Source of the DNA: Rickettsiales bacterium
GTDB lineage: Bacteria > Pseudomonadota > Alphaproteobacteria > Rickettsiales > Deianiraeaceae
Direction of reading: 5' to 3'
Assembly: GCA_947424985.1 (NCBI GenBank)
Contig: CANDYN010000001.1
Span: forward strand, 1-38,723
Length of the DNA stretch: 38,723 nt
Both the position numbers and the translations under genes were made by a program. Positions 19,673 through 27,080 of the stretch are shown here, one piece after another; the stretch's first letter is position 1, and each line of letters begins with the position of its first letter. The notes below the pieces were generated by a model that worked only from the letters and a program-made list of their open reading frames with translations, was not told the origin of the DNA and did not search any database.

Positions 19673-20272
19673 TTAAATAAATTCCAGTAATTTTAATTTA
19701 ATATCACCAAAAACCAAATCTATATCACGATTTCCATTTACTTTATGAAAGTTTTTAAAATTTTCACATTGTAAAAAACCTTGACGAACAGTTTCGACTT
19801 CATTTATGTCTATGCTGTCAAATTTACTCAAATTTACCCTGCTTTTCATTCTACTTTTAGCATTTTCCGGACTTGAGTCTATAAAGAATGTTAAATCTGG
19901 CATAAAGTTATCACACAAAATTTCATGCATTTTTAAAACATATTCAATTCCTGCTTTTTGTAAAAAACCTTGATACGCAATTGTTGAATGAATGAATCTA
20001 TCGCAAAGAATAATAAATCCGTTTTTAAGATGCGGAAAAACAATCTTTTCAAGATGCTCTTTTCTTATTGCATTCATTAAAATTATCTTATTCTGAACGT
20101 TAATTTCGTTATTTATGATAATATCAACGATTTTTTTTTCCCACTTCTCATGAGTAAAACTCGATTCGCTTGTTTGAACAACCTTCACCTGATTTTGCCT
20201 TAAAAACTCATATACCATACGCATTTGAGAGCTTTTGCCAGACCCATCAATCCCTTCGAAACTTATAAACAT
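19673..20272 (-). CDS. tmk: thymidylate kinase
   Basis: Contains FISFEGIDGSGKSSQ (P-loop) and a DRFIHSTIAYQG block. The track start is a TTG one codon upstream. Confidence 0.9.
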   Translation of the reverse strand: MFISFEGIDGSGKSSQMRMVYEFLRQNQVKVVQTSESSFTHEKWEKKIVDIIINNEINVQNKIILMNAIRKEHLEKIVFPHLKNGFIILCDRFIHSTIAYQGFLQKAGIEYVLKMHEILCDNFMPDLTFFIDSSPENAKSRMKSRVNLSKFDSIDINEVETVRQGFLQCENFKNFHKVNGNRDIDLVFGDIKLKLLEFI

Positions 20273-20335
20273 CAAATAAAAAAAAGACCTATTTTTGCAA
20301 AAATATTAAATATTTTATTTTTTTGCAAGTAAAAT

Positions 20336-20366
20336 CTTGACAAATATATTTTTTATGTTTCAGTAT
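20336..20366 (+). promoter_or_regulatory. candidate promoter upstream of rpsD (TTGACA-N18-CAGTAT)
   Basis: TTGACA aatatattttttatgttt CAGTAT lies about 30 nt upstream of the rpsD ATG. The same TTGACA-N18-CAGTAT arrangement recurs at 35151..35180 on the minus strand. Coordinates are +/-1 nt. Confidence 0.3.
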
Positions 20367-20395
20367 GATACATGAAATATATTTTTTGTAACTAA

Positions 20396-21007
20396 ATGAT
20401 AAAAAGTAACGAGTCTCATAGTAGAAAATACTGTATTGATATATGGGGCGATAACCCAAATGATCCGTTTGTTAAAAGACCATATAAAAAAGGTCAGCAC
20501 GGAAGAAATTCTATGTCAAAAAACACACCTGATGCAAAAGCGAGAAAACATGCGCAGATATTAAAAACTCATTATCTTCTTTCCGAAAGCGATTTTAGAA
20601 AAATAATTTCAACAGCAAAAAGACAAAAGGGTAATATAATAGATAATATATCCACTATACTTGAATCCATGCCTTTCGTAATAGCGTATAGAGCAAAACT
20701 GGCTCCAACTATGTTCGCAGCGAGACAAATGGTTTCACACAGGAATATTCTATTAAATGGAAAAAAATGCATGAGAAAGCAAGTAGTTAAAATATCTGAT
20801 ACCCTGTCAATATCCAGCAACATCGCTAGCAATGATCATATCAATATGTCACTTGCAAACCTTTCAAGGCCAATTCCAGATTATATCACAGTTGATGTTG
20901 AAAAAAAGACTGCATCGATTAATAGAAATATTAGCTTTAAAGAATTGTTTATATCAAAAATAATCGATGTTAATACAATAGTTTCACGTTATGCAAGAAT
21001 GATTTAA
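20396..21007 (+). CDS. rpsD: 30S ribosomal protein S4
   Basis: The S4 N-terminal pattern is present (YKKGQHG...) together with an S4 RNA-binding domain ([15 protein letters not shown]). Coordinates are taken from the ORF track. Confidence 0.9.
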   Translation: MIKSNESHSRKYCIDIWGDNPNDPFVKRPYKKGQHGRNSMSKNTPDAKARKHAQILKTHYLLSESDFRKIISTAKRQKGNIIDNISTILESMPFVIAYRAKLAPTMFAARQMVSHRNILLNGKKCMRKQVVKISDTLSISSNIASNDHINMSLANLSRPIPDYITVDVEKKTASINRNISFKELFISKIIDVNTIVSRYARMI

Positions 21008-21017
21008 TTTTAATTTT

Positions 21018-21329
21018 ATGGTAAAAATAAGACTTTCAAGGGGTGGTAAAAAAAAGCAACCTTTTTATAAAATAGTTGTGGCAAATTCTACGTCACCAAG
21101 AGATGGAAAATTTATAGATAGTGTTGGATTTTACAATCCGATGGCTGCTGAAAACGAGCCAAAGGTTCAGTTTGATACAGAAAAAATCCTTAAATGGTTT
21201 TCAAATGGAGCAATTCCAACTGAAACTGTTGCAAGACTTATGAGCAAAAATGAATCTCTAAAAGATATTTCAGTTGGGTTTTTTAGCCTTAGTAAAAATA
21301 AATCCCCTAAAAAGGAAGCTAAACAGTAA
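21018..21329 (+). CDS. rpsP: 30S ribosomal protein S16
   Basis: [41 protein letters not shown] is the canonical S16 N-terminus. Confidence 0.93.
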   Translation: MVKIRLSRGGKKKQPFYKIVVANSTSPRDGKFIDSVGFYNPMAAENEPKVQFDTEKILKWFSNGAIPTETVARLMSKNESLKDISVGFFSLSKNKSPKKEAKQ

Positions 21330-21341
21330 TTTTTTTAATAT

Positions 21342-21659
21342 ATGGAAAAAAATCAATTTATAAAAGTTAAATTATCCGCATATCATTATGATGTACTCGA
21401 CAAAATGGTATCTGAAATAATATCACTTGTATCGAAGGTTGGGGGGTATTATCAAGGTCCAATACCTATGCCAACTAAAACAAAGAAGTTTCTTGTGATA
21501 CGTGGTCCGCATATAGATAAAAAATCACGTGAAGCATTTTATTTATCAATACATTCGAGAGTTATATATATAAAATCAGACTCAAGAGTAATGCAAGAAA
21601 TAAAAAATGTAAATATTTCACCTGAAATTGGAGTACAAATAAAAATGCTAGATTCTTAG
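21342..21659 (+). CDS. rpsJ: 30S ribosomal protein S10
   Basis: 105 aa with IKVKLSAYHYDVLDK...GPIPMPTKTKKFLVIRGPHIDKKSREAF...HSRVIYI, the typical S10 pattern. Confidence 0.9.
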   Translation: MEKNQFIKVKLSAYHYDVLDKMVSEIISLVSKVGGYYQGPIPMPTKTKKFLVIRGPHIDKKSREAFYLSIHSRVIYIKSDSRVMQEIKNVNISPEIGVQIKMLDS

Positions 21660-21664
21660 ACTAT

Positions 21665-21991
21665 ATGTCTCAATACAGCGATCATCAAAATTTACATAGA
21701 TTTACGTCATTTTGTTCATGTATATCAGTTTTTTTTGTGTCGCTGTTGTTTCTAAATCAGTCACTACACAGCTCCATTAATTCAAACTTTTTCCTAACTT
21801 TTTTGATAATTTTCATAATATCTTTTTCTCTTCATGGATATATTTCCATGAAAGTTGTACTTGAAGACTATGTAAAATCAAACACAAAAAAGTTCTTTTT
21901 AAACTCATTTTTTCTTTTTGCAACTATTTTTGCATGCAGTTTCTTCTCAATATCCTTGATACGCATGAATATGGTTTTATATAATATTTGA
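21665..21991 (+). CDS. sdhD: succinate dehydrogenase hydrophobic membrane anchor subunit SdhD-like
   Basis: 108 aa with three hydrophobic helices. SLHGYISMKVVLEDYV matches the conserved H-x-x-x-G-M-x-V-V-I-E-DY block of alphaproteobacterial SdhD. Confidence 0.6.
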   Translation: MSQYSDHQNLHRFTSFCSCISVFFVSLLFLNQSLHSSINSNFFLTFLIIFIISFSLHGYISMKVVLEDYVKSNTKKFFLNSFFLFATIFACSFFSISLIRMNMVLYNI

Positions 21992-21998
21992 TTTTAGT

Positions 21999-22892
21999 AT
22001 GAAGAAAAAGGGAGTTATTTTTATGACAGATTTAATAATCGCAATGTCAATCATAATATTCCTCTCTTCTGTAACCTTCGTTGTAGCAAATTTTGCAATA
22101 AGAAAGTCAAAAATTACAGGCATAACAAGTGAGATATCATTATACAGAACAGCTATAGCAAACTTCAAAGATACTTATAAATTTTATCCAGGAGACGTTC
22201 CAATAAGTGCAACTTCTACGAACAATTTTCCGACTAACGTCGTCAATAATGCAGTAAAAATATCCAATTATTGCGTAGCAAGTGGAAATAACGAGACCTG
22301 GTGTACACATGGAACCCAAAATGTTACTCCAATAAAAGGACTTAACGCATTTTTACAACTAGCAGCATCCGACAACATAGATAAAAAGATAGTAAATCCA
22401 GATTATACAGTTGTAGCGGCAACAAATCCGTGTCTAAATAACGCCACTGAAAACTTCAACTCGATGTCGGGTATTTTATTCCCAAAATCAAATAGTATAA
22501 AGAATGCAATTTTTATGTTTGGCATTGATGACTCAAAATCAAATAGACTTGAAATGCCAAAAAACAGCACTTTATACTTAACTGCAAACTATTCAAAATA
22601 TTCGTCACGTCCAAGAATTATCTTGTTTAATCCAGCACAATATACAATTTCCTCATCTTGTGAAATCGCAGTCGGAGGATTAGCTGGTAGCGTAAAAAAC
22701 GGAGTAGTTTCTGGATCCATGGCGTATGAAATTGATAAAAAAATAGATGACAATCTAGCGCTCGCAGGAAATGTTTTAGGCGAAAACTCTACAGCAGAAA
22801 CAACAACGTCATGTGTACAATCTGGATCCTATAGTGGATCACAAGATGATAGCAACGACTACGGATGCGTTATGACCTTCATTCTAGATTGA
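21999..22892 (+). CDS. divergent type IV pilin / pseudopilin-like protein (297 aa)
   Basis: Has the leader MKKKG and the hydrophobic helix VIFMTDLIIAMSIIIFLSSVTFVV. Also has a GspG/pilin-like LYRTAIANFKDTYKFYPGD block, EIDKKIDD, and a C-terminal Cys-loop SCVQSG...DYGCVMTFILD. It is a paralog of 23866..24837. The alternative ATG at 22023 would remove the leader. Confidence 0.55.
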   Translation: MKKKGVIFMTDLIIAMSIIIFLSSVTFVVANFAIRKSKITGITSEISLYRTAIANFKDTYKFYPGDVPISATSTNNFPTNVVNNAVKISNYCVASGNNETWCTHGTQNVTPIKGLNAFLQLAASDNIDKKIVNPDYTVVAATNPCLNNATENFNSMSGILFPKSNSIKNAIFMFGIDDSKSNRLEMPKNSTLYLTANYSKYSSRPRIILFNPAQYTISSSCEIAVGGLAGSVKNGVVSGSMAYEIDKKIDDNLALAGNVLGENSTAETTTSCVQSGSYSGSQDDSNDYGCVMTFILD

Positions 22893-22938
22893 CTTTCATT
22901 GAAGATAATAATTCAAATTTAAGAGATAAAAAAAGACT

Positions 22939-23862
22939 TTAAAATCTAATCAATGCTGTTCCGCTTGTCATACCACCTCCAACAGCAGACATAGCAATCA
23001 AATCACCTCGCTTTAATCTATCGAAGTTTTCATCAAATACCAGTGGAATTGACGCCGCTGATGTATTTCCATATCTATCAAGATTCATAGGAAACAAAGA
23101 TTCATCAAGACTCAAACTTTGAGCAACGTGCAATATTATCCTCTTATTGGCTTGATGTGCAAAAACAAGAGATAAATCAGATGCCACAAATCCATTTTTA
23201 TCAAGAATAGATAAAACTCCTGATTCCATTTCAGAGATAGCATACTTGAATACATCGATACCGTTCATCAATACATGATTTTCAGAATCAGTTTTCAATA
23301 TATCAGCTAAGGATCCATTGGACTTTAAAATTATATCTATAATTACAGATTCGGATTTTGACTCTTCTATTATCACACACCCTGCTCCATCACCAAACAA
23401 CACGCACGTGTTTCTATCTCGCATATTGATTATACTGGACATTTTATCTGATCCAACAACAGCAACTCTCTTTGCCATACCTGATTTGATAAAATTATTT
23501 GCCACAGATAAAGCATAAATAAATCCAGAACAAACAGCCTGAATATCCATGCAAAAAGCATTTTTTGCCCCAATTTTTTTCTGAACCAAGCATGCAACTG
23601 ATGGAAATTTTAAATCCGGAGTAGTCGTAGCAAGTATTATCGCATCCAAGCTATTAACATCAGCATCTATTTTAGACAAGGCATCCAAAATTGCTGCTGC
23701 TGCCATATCAGAAGTATTTTCCCCATCCTGCGCAAATCTTCTCTCTTTAATGCCGGTTCTTTTAGAAATCCATTCATCAGAAGTATCAACTATCTTAGAG
23801 AGATCATCATTGGTAACAATGCGACTTGGAACATATTTCCCGGATGATAATATTTTAGACAT
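22939..23862 (-). CDS. fabH: 3-oxoacyl-ACP synthase III
   Basis: Contains the active-site Cys context (QAVCSGFIYAL), HQANKRI and GNTSAASIP (the Cys-His-Asn triad). 307 aa. Confidence 0.93.
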   Translation of the reverse strand: MSKILSSGKYVPSRIVTNDDLSKIVDTSDEWISKRTGIKERRFAQDGENTSDMAAAAILDALSKIDADVNSLDAIILATTTPDLKFPSVACLVQKKIGAKNAFCMDIQAVCSGFIYALSVANNFIKSGMAKRVAVVGSDKMSSIINMRDRNTCVLFGDGAGCVIIEESKSESVIIDIILKSNGSLADILKTDSENHVLMNGIDVFKYAISEMESGVLSILDKNGFVASDLSLVFAHQANKRIILHVAQSLSLDESLFPMNLDRYGNTSAASIPLVFDENFDRLKRGDLIAMSAVGGGMTSGTALIRF

Positions 23863-23865
23863 ATT

Positions 23866-24837
23866 CTAGTTACTAGAGACTTCTTGAATACCAGCACCAC
23901 TTAACAAAACGTGAAGCACGCACCCTTTTGTGGTAGTTCTAACTTTCGAATCTTGATACTTTGCAGAAGTAAGATCTGCAAGCACAGGCGCTGCAACATT
24001 CAATGTTGTACAGCCATTCGTCGTTGCCAACGTCCCCATTCCTTCACCAGATATCGTATTATAAGTTGAATCTGTAGAGTATATAGCATACGGAGTTCCA
24101 TCATCCATTTTGGATTCCAAGGAAATAATATCTGAAGGAGATATAGCTGCAATTTTAGAAGTTGCACTAACATCAACAATAGGCAATGCACCAGCCTGAA
24201 CGTAATCCGTCAAGCTAATAAGGGTTGCCTTAAAATTGGATGCCCAAGTCTTATTATACTCAGCTGCATAAACTGAACTAGCCAAAACAGATCCTTGAAT
24301 AGTCGCAGTTGTATTGCTCGAATCAACCGAAAACACCCAAACAGAATTTCTAATTGGACTACTAATGTGGTGATCGGCAGCAAACGTTTTTAAATTATTA
24401 GCACCCGTACCCGTGTAAGTAGCTAACTTCTGAAGATCTACATTTAAATCATTCTTATATTGATCCATAGCCAATTGTTTATAAGCTATAGGATTTTTCA
24501 TTATAGAGACTACACCACTACCCATCGTTCTATCGTTGACTGCGGCGCTCGTTCCAGCAAGTGCATCCATATCAGCAGACAAAACATCACTTGACATCCT
24601 CCCCCCAGATACTGCCCTACTATCAAAATCTCCAGGAAACTTTCCATAAGAATCGGTAAACACGCCAACGGCAGTCCTAAGATCCGCTATATCGCGAACC
24701 AAGATTTTTACCCTATACATTTGACTCATCATCGGTATTCCAGCGGCAATCATAGCCAGAATTACTATTAAAACAATGAGAAATATCATTAATTCTACAG
24801 ATAGAAACAAGGCATTTTTTCTTTTAAATTGCGTCAT
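23866..24837 (-). CDS. divergent type IV pilin / pseudopilin-like protein (323 aa)
   Basis: Starts MTQFKRKNA|LFLSVELMIFLIVLIVILAMIAAG, a class-III-signal-like N-terminus. Also has DLRTAVGVFTDSYGKFPGD, LESKMDDG, and a C-terminal disulfide loop GCTTLNV...TTTKGCVLHVLL. The track ORF extends 36 codons upstream into yggU. The ATG at 24835..24837 was chosen instead. The stop lies 3 nt before the fabH start. Confidence 0.6.
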   Translation of the reverse strand: MTQFKRKNALFLSVELMIFLIVLIVILAMIAAGIPMMSQMYRVKILVRDIADLRTAVGVFTDSYGKFPGDFDSRAVSGGRMSSDVLSADMDALAGTSAAVNDRTMGSGVVSIMKNPIAYKQLAMDQYKNDLNVDLQKLATYTGTGANNLKTFAADHHISSPIRNSVWVFSVDSSNTTATIQGSVLASSVYAAEYNKTWASNFKATLISLTDYVQAGALPIVDVSATSKIAAISPSDIISLESKMDDGTPYAIYSTDSTYNTISGEGMGTLATTNGCTTLNVAAPVLADLTSAKYQDSKVRTTTKGCVLHVLLSGAGIQEVSSN

Positions 24838-24901
24838 AAAACAAGAAACATAAACTAATATACACAAAGGAAAATTAATTTCAACAAGTTTTTTATTTTT
24901 T

Positions 24902-25141
24902 TTATTTTCCCATAATTTCAAAAACTTTTGATCTATTTTTTTCACCCAAAATAAGCTTTATATCTGATTTTGAGACATTAAAATATTTTGCTAGAATTTC
25001 AATTACAGATTGATTTGCCCTTCCGTCTTCTGGTGGCTCTGTGACCCTAACTTCATAAACACTATCACCAAAGATATCCCTTGAAAGAGACATTGACTCT
25101 ATTTTTGCAAAAGGCGTAACACGTACGCTGATTTTAGCCAT
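24902..25141 (-). CDS. yggU: DUF167 (YggU-like) small protein
   Basis: MAKISVRVTPFAKIESMS...VRVTEPPEDGRANQSVIEILAKYFNVSKSDIKLILGEKNRSK matches the YggU family pattern (V-x-P-x-A, P-x-x-G-x-AN, G-x-x-SR-x-K). The start ATG at 25139..25141 overlaps the htpG stop by 8 nt. The longer track ORF is an upstream extension inside htpG. Confidence 0.75.
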   Translation of the reverse strand: MAKISVRVTPFAKIESMSLSRDIFGDSVYEVRVTEPPEDGRANQSVIEILAKYFNVSKSDIKLILGEKNRSKVFEIMGK

Positions 25142-27014
25142 TTTCTTGCAAGATTTCAAAAAGCCTTCTTGCGGTAATATTTGGAGTTTTAAGGGTTTCA
25201 TCTTGTGCAATACATGCAATATCAAAAATCGCCATTGCAAGTTCTTTCCCTTTATTTTTATCCGATTCAGACTCACTTTTAAGCAAATTATACGCCTTCT
25301 TTACAAGTTTATTTGATGGATTTATTTCAAGAGTTTTAAGACTTGAGGATTTAATTTGCCCTTGAGAAATAAGAAATTTTTCCATCTTTATGTCCATACC
25401 ACCACCATCAATTGACAAAGACGCAGCAGAATTTGTTAGCTTTTTAGACACAACAACTCGCTTCACAATTGATAAAAGCGCTCCATTTAAAACACCTTCA
25501 ATATCATCATCGTCTTTTTTGTCATGCTTGATATCGCCATCTTCGTCTTTTTTATCAAGATGTGAAAGATCAATATCAGATCTATTGATCGATTTTAAAT
25601 CAATTCCTTTATAGTCATAAATAACCGTTGTCCAAAAATTATCAACGTGATCTGACAACAAAATAACTTCCAAATCGTTTTTCAAAAAGCCCTCGAGTTG
25701 GGTGTTAGAAGTAAAATCATCACTTTCTGAAATATAGTAATATATATCTTTTTGATCACCCTTCATTCTATCAAGATAATCTTTCATACTTGTATATTTA
25801 TTATCAGATTTTGTAGTTTTGATCAAGATCAAATCAAGCAAAGCCTCTCTGTCAATTGACATTTCACAAAGCCCTTCTTTTAAAACCGGTCCAAAATTTT
25901 CCCAAAATTTTACATACTCATTGAAATCTTTATCTTTTTTATTTCGAAGCTCAGAAAGTATTTTTTTTGTTATAAGTTCACGAATTTTTCCAAGCATTTC
26001 ACTGTCCTGCAATGTTTGTCTTGAAATATTCAGTGGTAAGTCAGGCGAATCTATAATCCCATAAACAAATCGTAAATATTTTGGAATCATATCAAGCGCA
26101 GAATCTTCGCTAATAAAAACCCTCTTTACATAAAGCTTTACACGTGTTTGACGATCCGGATGAAACAAGTCAAAAGGCTTACTTGAAGGTATAAAAAGAA
26201 GATTTGAATAGCTCACATTTCCTTCAATTTTATTGTGTAAAGTTAAAAATGGTTCACCCGCCAAATGCGATAAAGACTTGAAAAAATCATTATATTCTTC
26301 TTGTGTAACATTTTTTTTATCAAGAGTCCAAAGTGCAGATTTTTTGTTAATTTCAGTTGCATCAAGTCCATCTTCATGTTTTAAAAAAACGGGAATATTT
26401 ATATGATTTGAATAACTTTTTATTATATTTTGGATTTTAAATTTATCAAGATAGCTTTCACAAAACTCGTCCTTTAAAAATAGTTTTATTTCAGTTCCAT
26501 GAGAAATTTCTTTTTCAATTTTTTCTATTTCATAGTTGCTTTTTCCATCGGATTTCCACAAATAAACGCCCTCTTCTCCTGCTTTTTTTGATATAACCTC
26601 AACCTCTTTTGCAACCATAAAAGATGAGTAAAACCCAACACCAAATTGCCCTATCATATCAGAAATTTTATCTTTTGAATTTTCTTTCTCAAGGCTTTTG
26701 ATAAATTCACCAGTCCCGGATTTCGCAATAGTTCCAAGGTTTTCGATCATGTCGAATTCGTTCATTCCAATTCCATTATCTCGAATAATAATTGCCTTTT
26801 CATCTCGATTTATTTCAACAACAACCTTAAATTCGGTATCATTTTCAAGCAAAGCCTGGTCAGAAAGTGCATTATACCTTAACTTTTCGCATGCATCAGA
26901 CGCATTTGAAATCAACTCACGCAAGAAAACATCTTTATCTGTATATAAAGAATTTATCATTATATCAAGAACTTTTGATATTTCAGCATTAAAATTATGA
27001 TTCTTAGAAGACAT
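25134..27014 (-). CDS. htpG: molecular chaperone HtpG (Hsp90)
   Basis: FNAEISKVLDIMINSLYTDKDVFLRELISNASDACEKLRY and IGQFGVGFYSSFMVA are the Hsp90 ATPase signatures. 626 aa. Confidence 0.96.
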   Translation of the reverse strand: MSSKNHNFNAEISKVLDIMINSLYTDKDVFLRELISNASDACEKLRYNALSDQALLENDTEFKVVVEINRDEKAIIIRDNGIGMNEFDMIENLGTIAKSGTGEFIKSLEKENSKDKISDMIGQFGVGFYSSFMVAKEVEVISKKAGEEGVYLWKSDGKSNYEIEKIEKEISHGTEIKLFLKDEFCESYLDKFKIQNIIKSYSNHINIPVFLKHEDGLDATEINKKSALWTLDKKNVTQEEYNDFFKSLSHLAGEPFLTLHNKIEGNVSYSNLLFIPSSKPFDLFHPDRQTRVKLYVKRVFISEDSALDMIPKYLRFVYGIIDSPDLPLNISRQTLQDSEMLGKIRELITKKILSELRNKKDKDFNEYVKFWENFGPVLKEGLCEMSIDREALLDLILIKTTKSDNKYTSMKDYLDRMKGDQKDIYYYISESDDFTSNTQLEGFLKNDLEVILLSDHVDNFWTTVIYDYKGIDLKSINRSDIDLSHLDKKDEDGDIKHDKKDDDDIEGVLNGALLSIVKRVVVSKKLTNSAASLSIDGGGMDIKMEKFLISQGQIKSSSLKTLEINPSNKLVKKAYNLLKSESESDKNKGKELAMAIFDIACIAQDETLKTPNITARRLFEILQENG

Positions 27015-27036
27015 TTTAAAAGCAAACCTTAAACAT

Positions 27037-27064
27037 ATATAACGAACAAAAAGTATTTTTCAAG
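27037..27064 (-). promoter_or_regulatory. candidate sigma-32 (heat-shock) type promoter upstream of htpG
   Basis: The minus strand reads cCTTGAAAaatactttttgttcGTTATATatg. CTTGAAA is a full match to the E. coli sigma-32 -35 element. The downstream cGTTATAT is an AT-shifted version of CCCCATnT, spaced CTTG-N17-gTTATaT. It lies about 20 nt upstream of the htpG ATG. Confidence 0.35.
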
Positions 27065-27080
27065 GCAATATTTAAAAAAA

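Noticed and set aside
20936-20942. Apparent 1-nt register slip at an A-run near the 3' end of rpsD when I hand-translated it (possible frameshift)
   Set aside because: The computed ORF track gives one uninterrupted 203-aa S4 with a normal C-terminus. The antisense ORF coordinates are consistent with the track. I treat this as my own position-counting error in this stretch, not a frameshift.
21977-22168. 63-aa minus-strand ORF overlapping the start of the first pilin-like gene
   Set aside because: It is antisense to the hydrophobic N-terminus of the pilin-like ORF, hence itself hydrophobic. It has no start context or motif.
24838-25276. Upstream extensions of the pilin-like ORF (to 24945) and of yggU (to 25276)
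   Set aside because: The extensions overlap the preceding genes (yggU and htpG respectively) and carry no family features. Internal ATGs give canonical N-termini.
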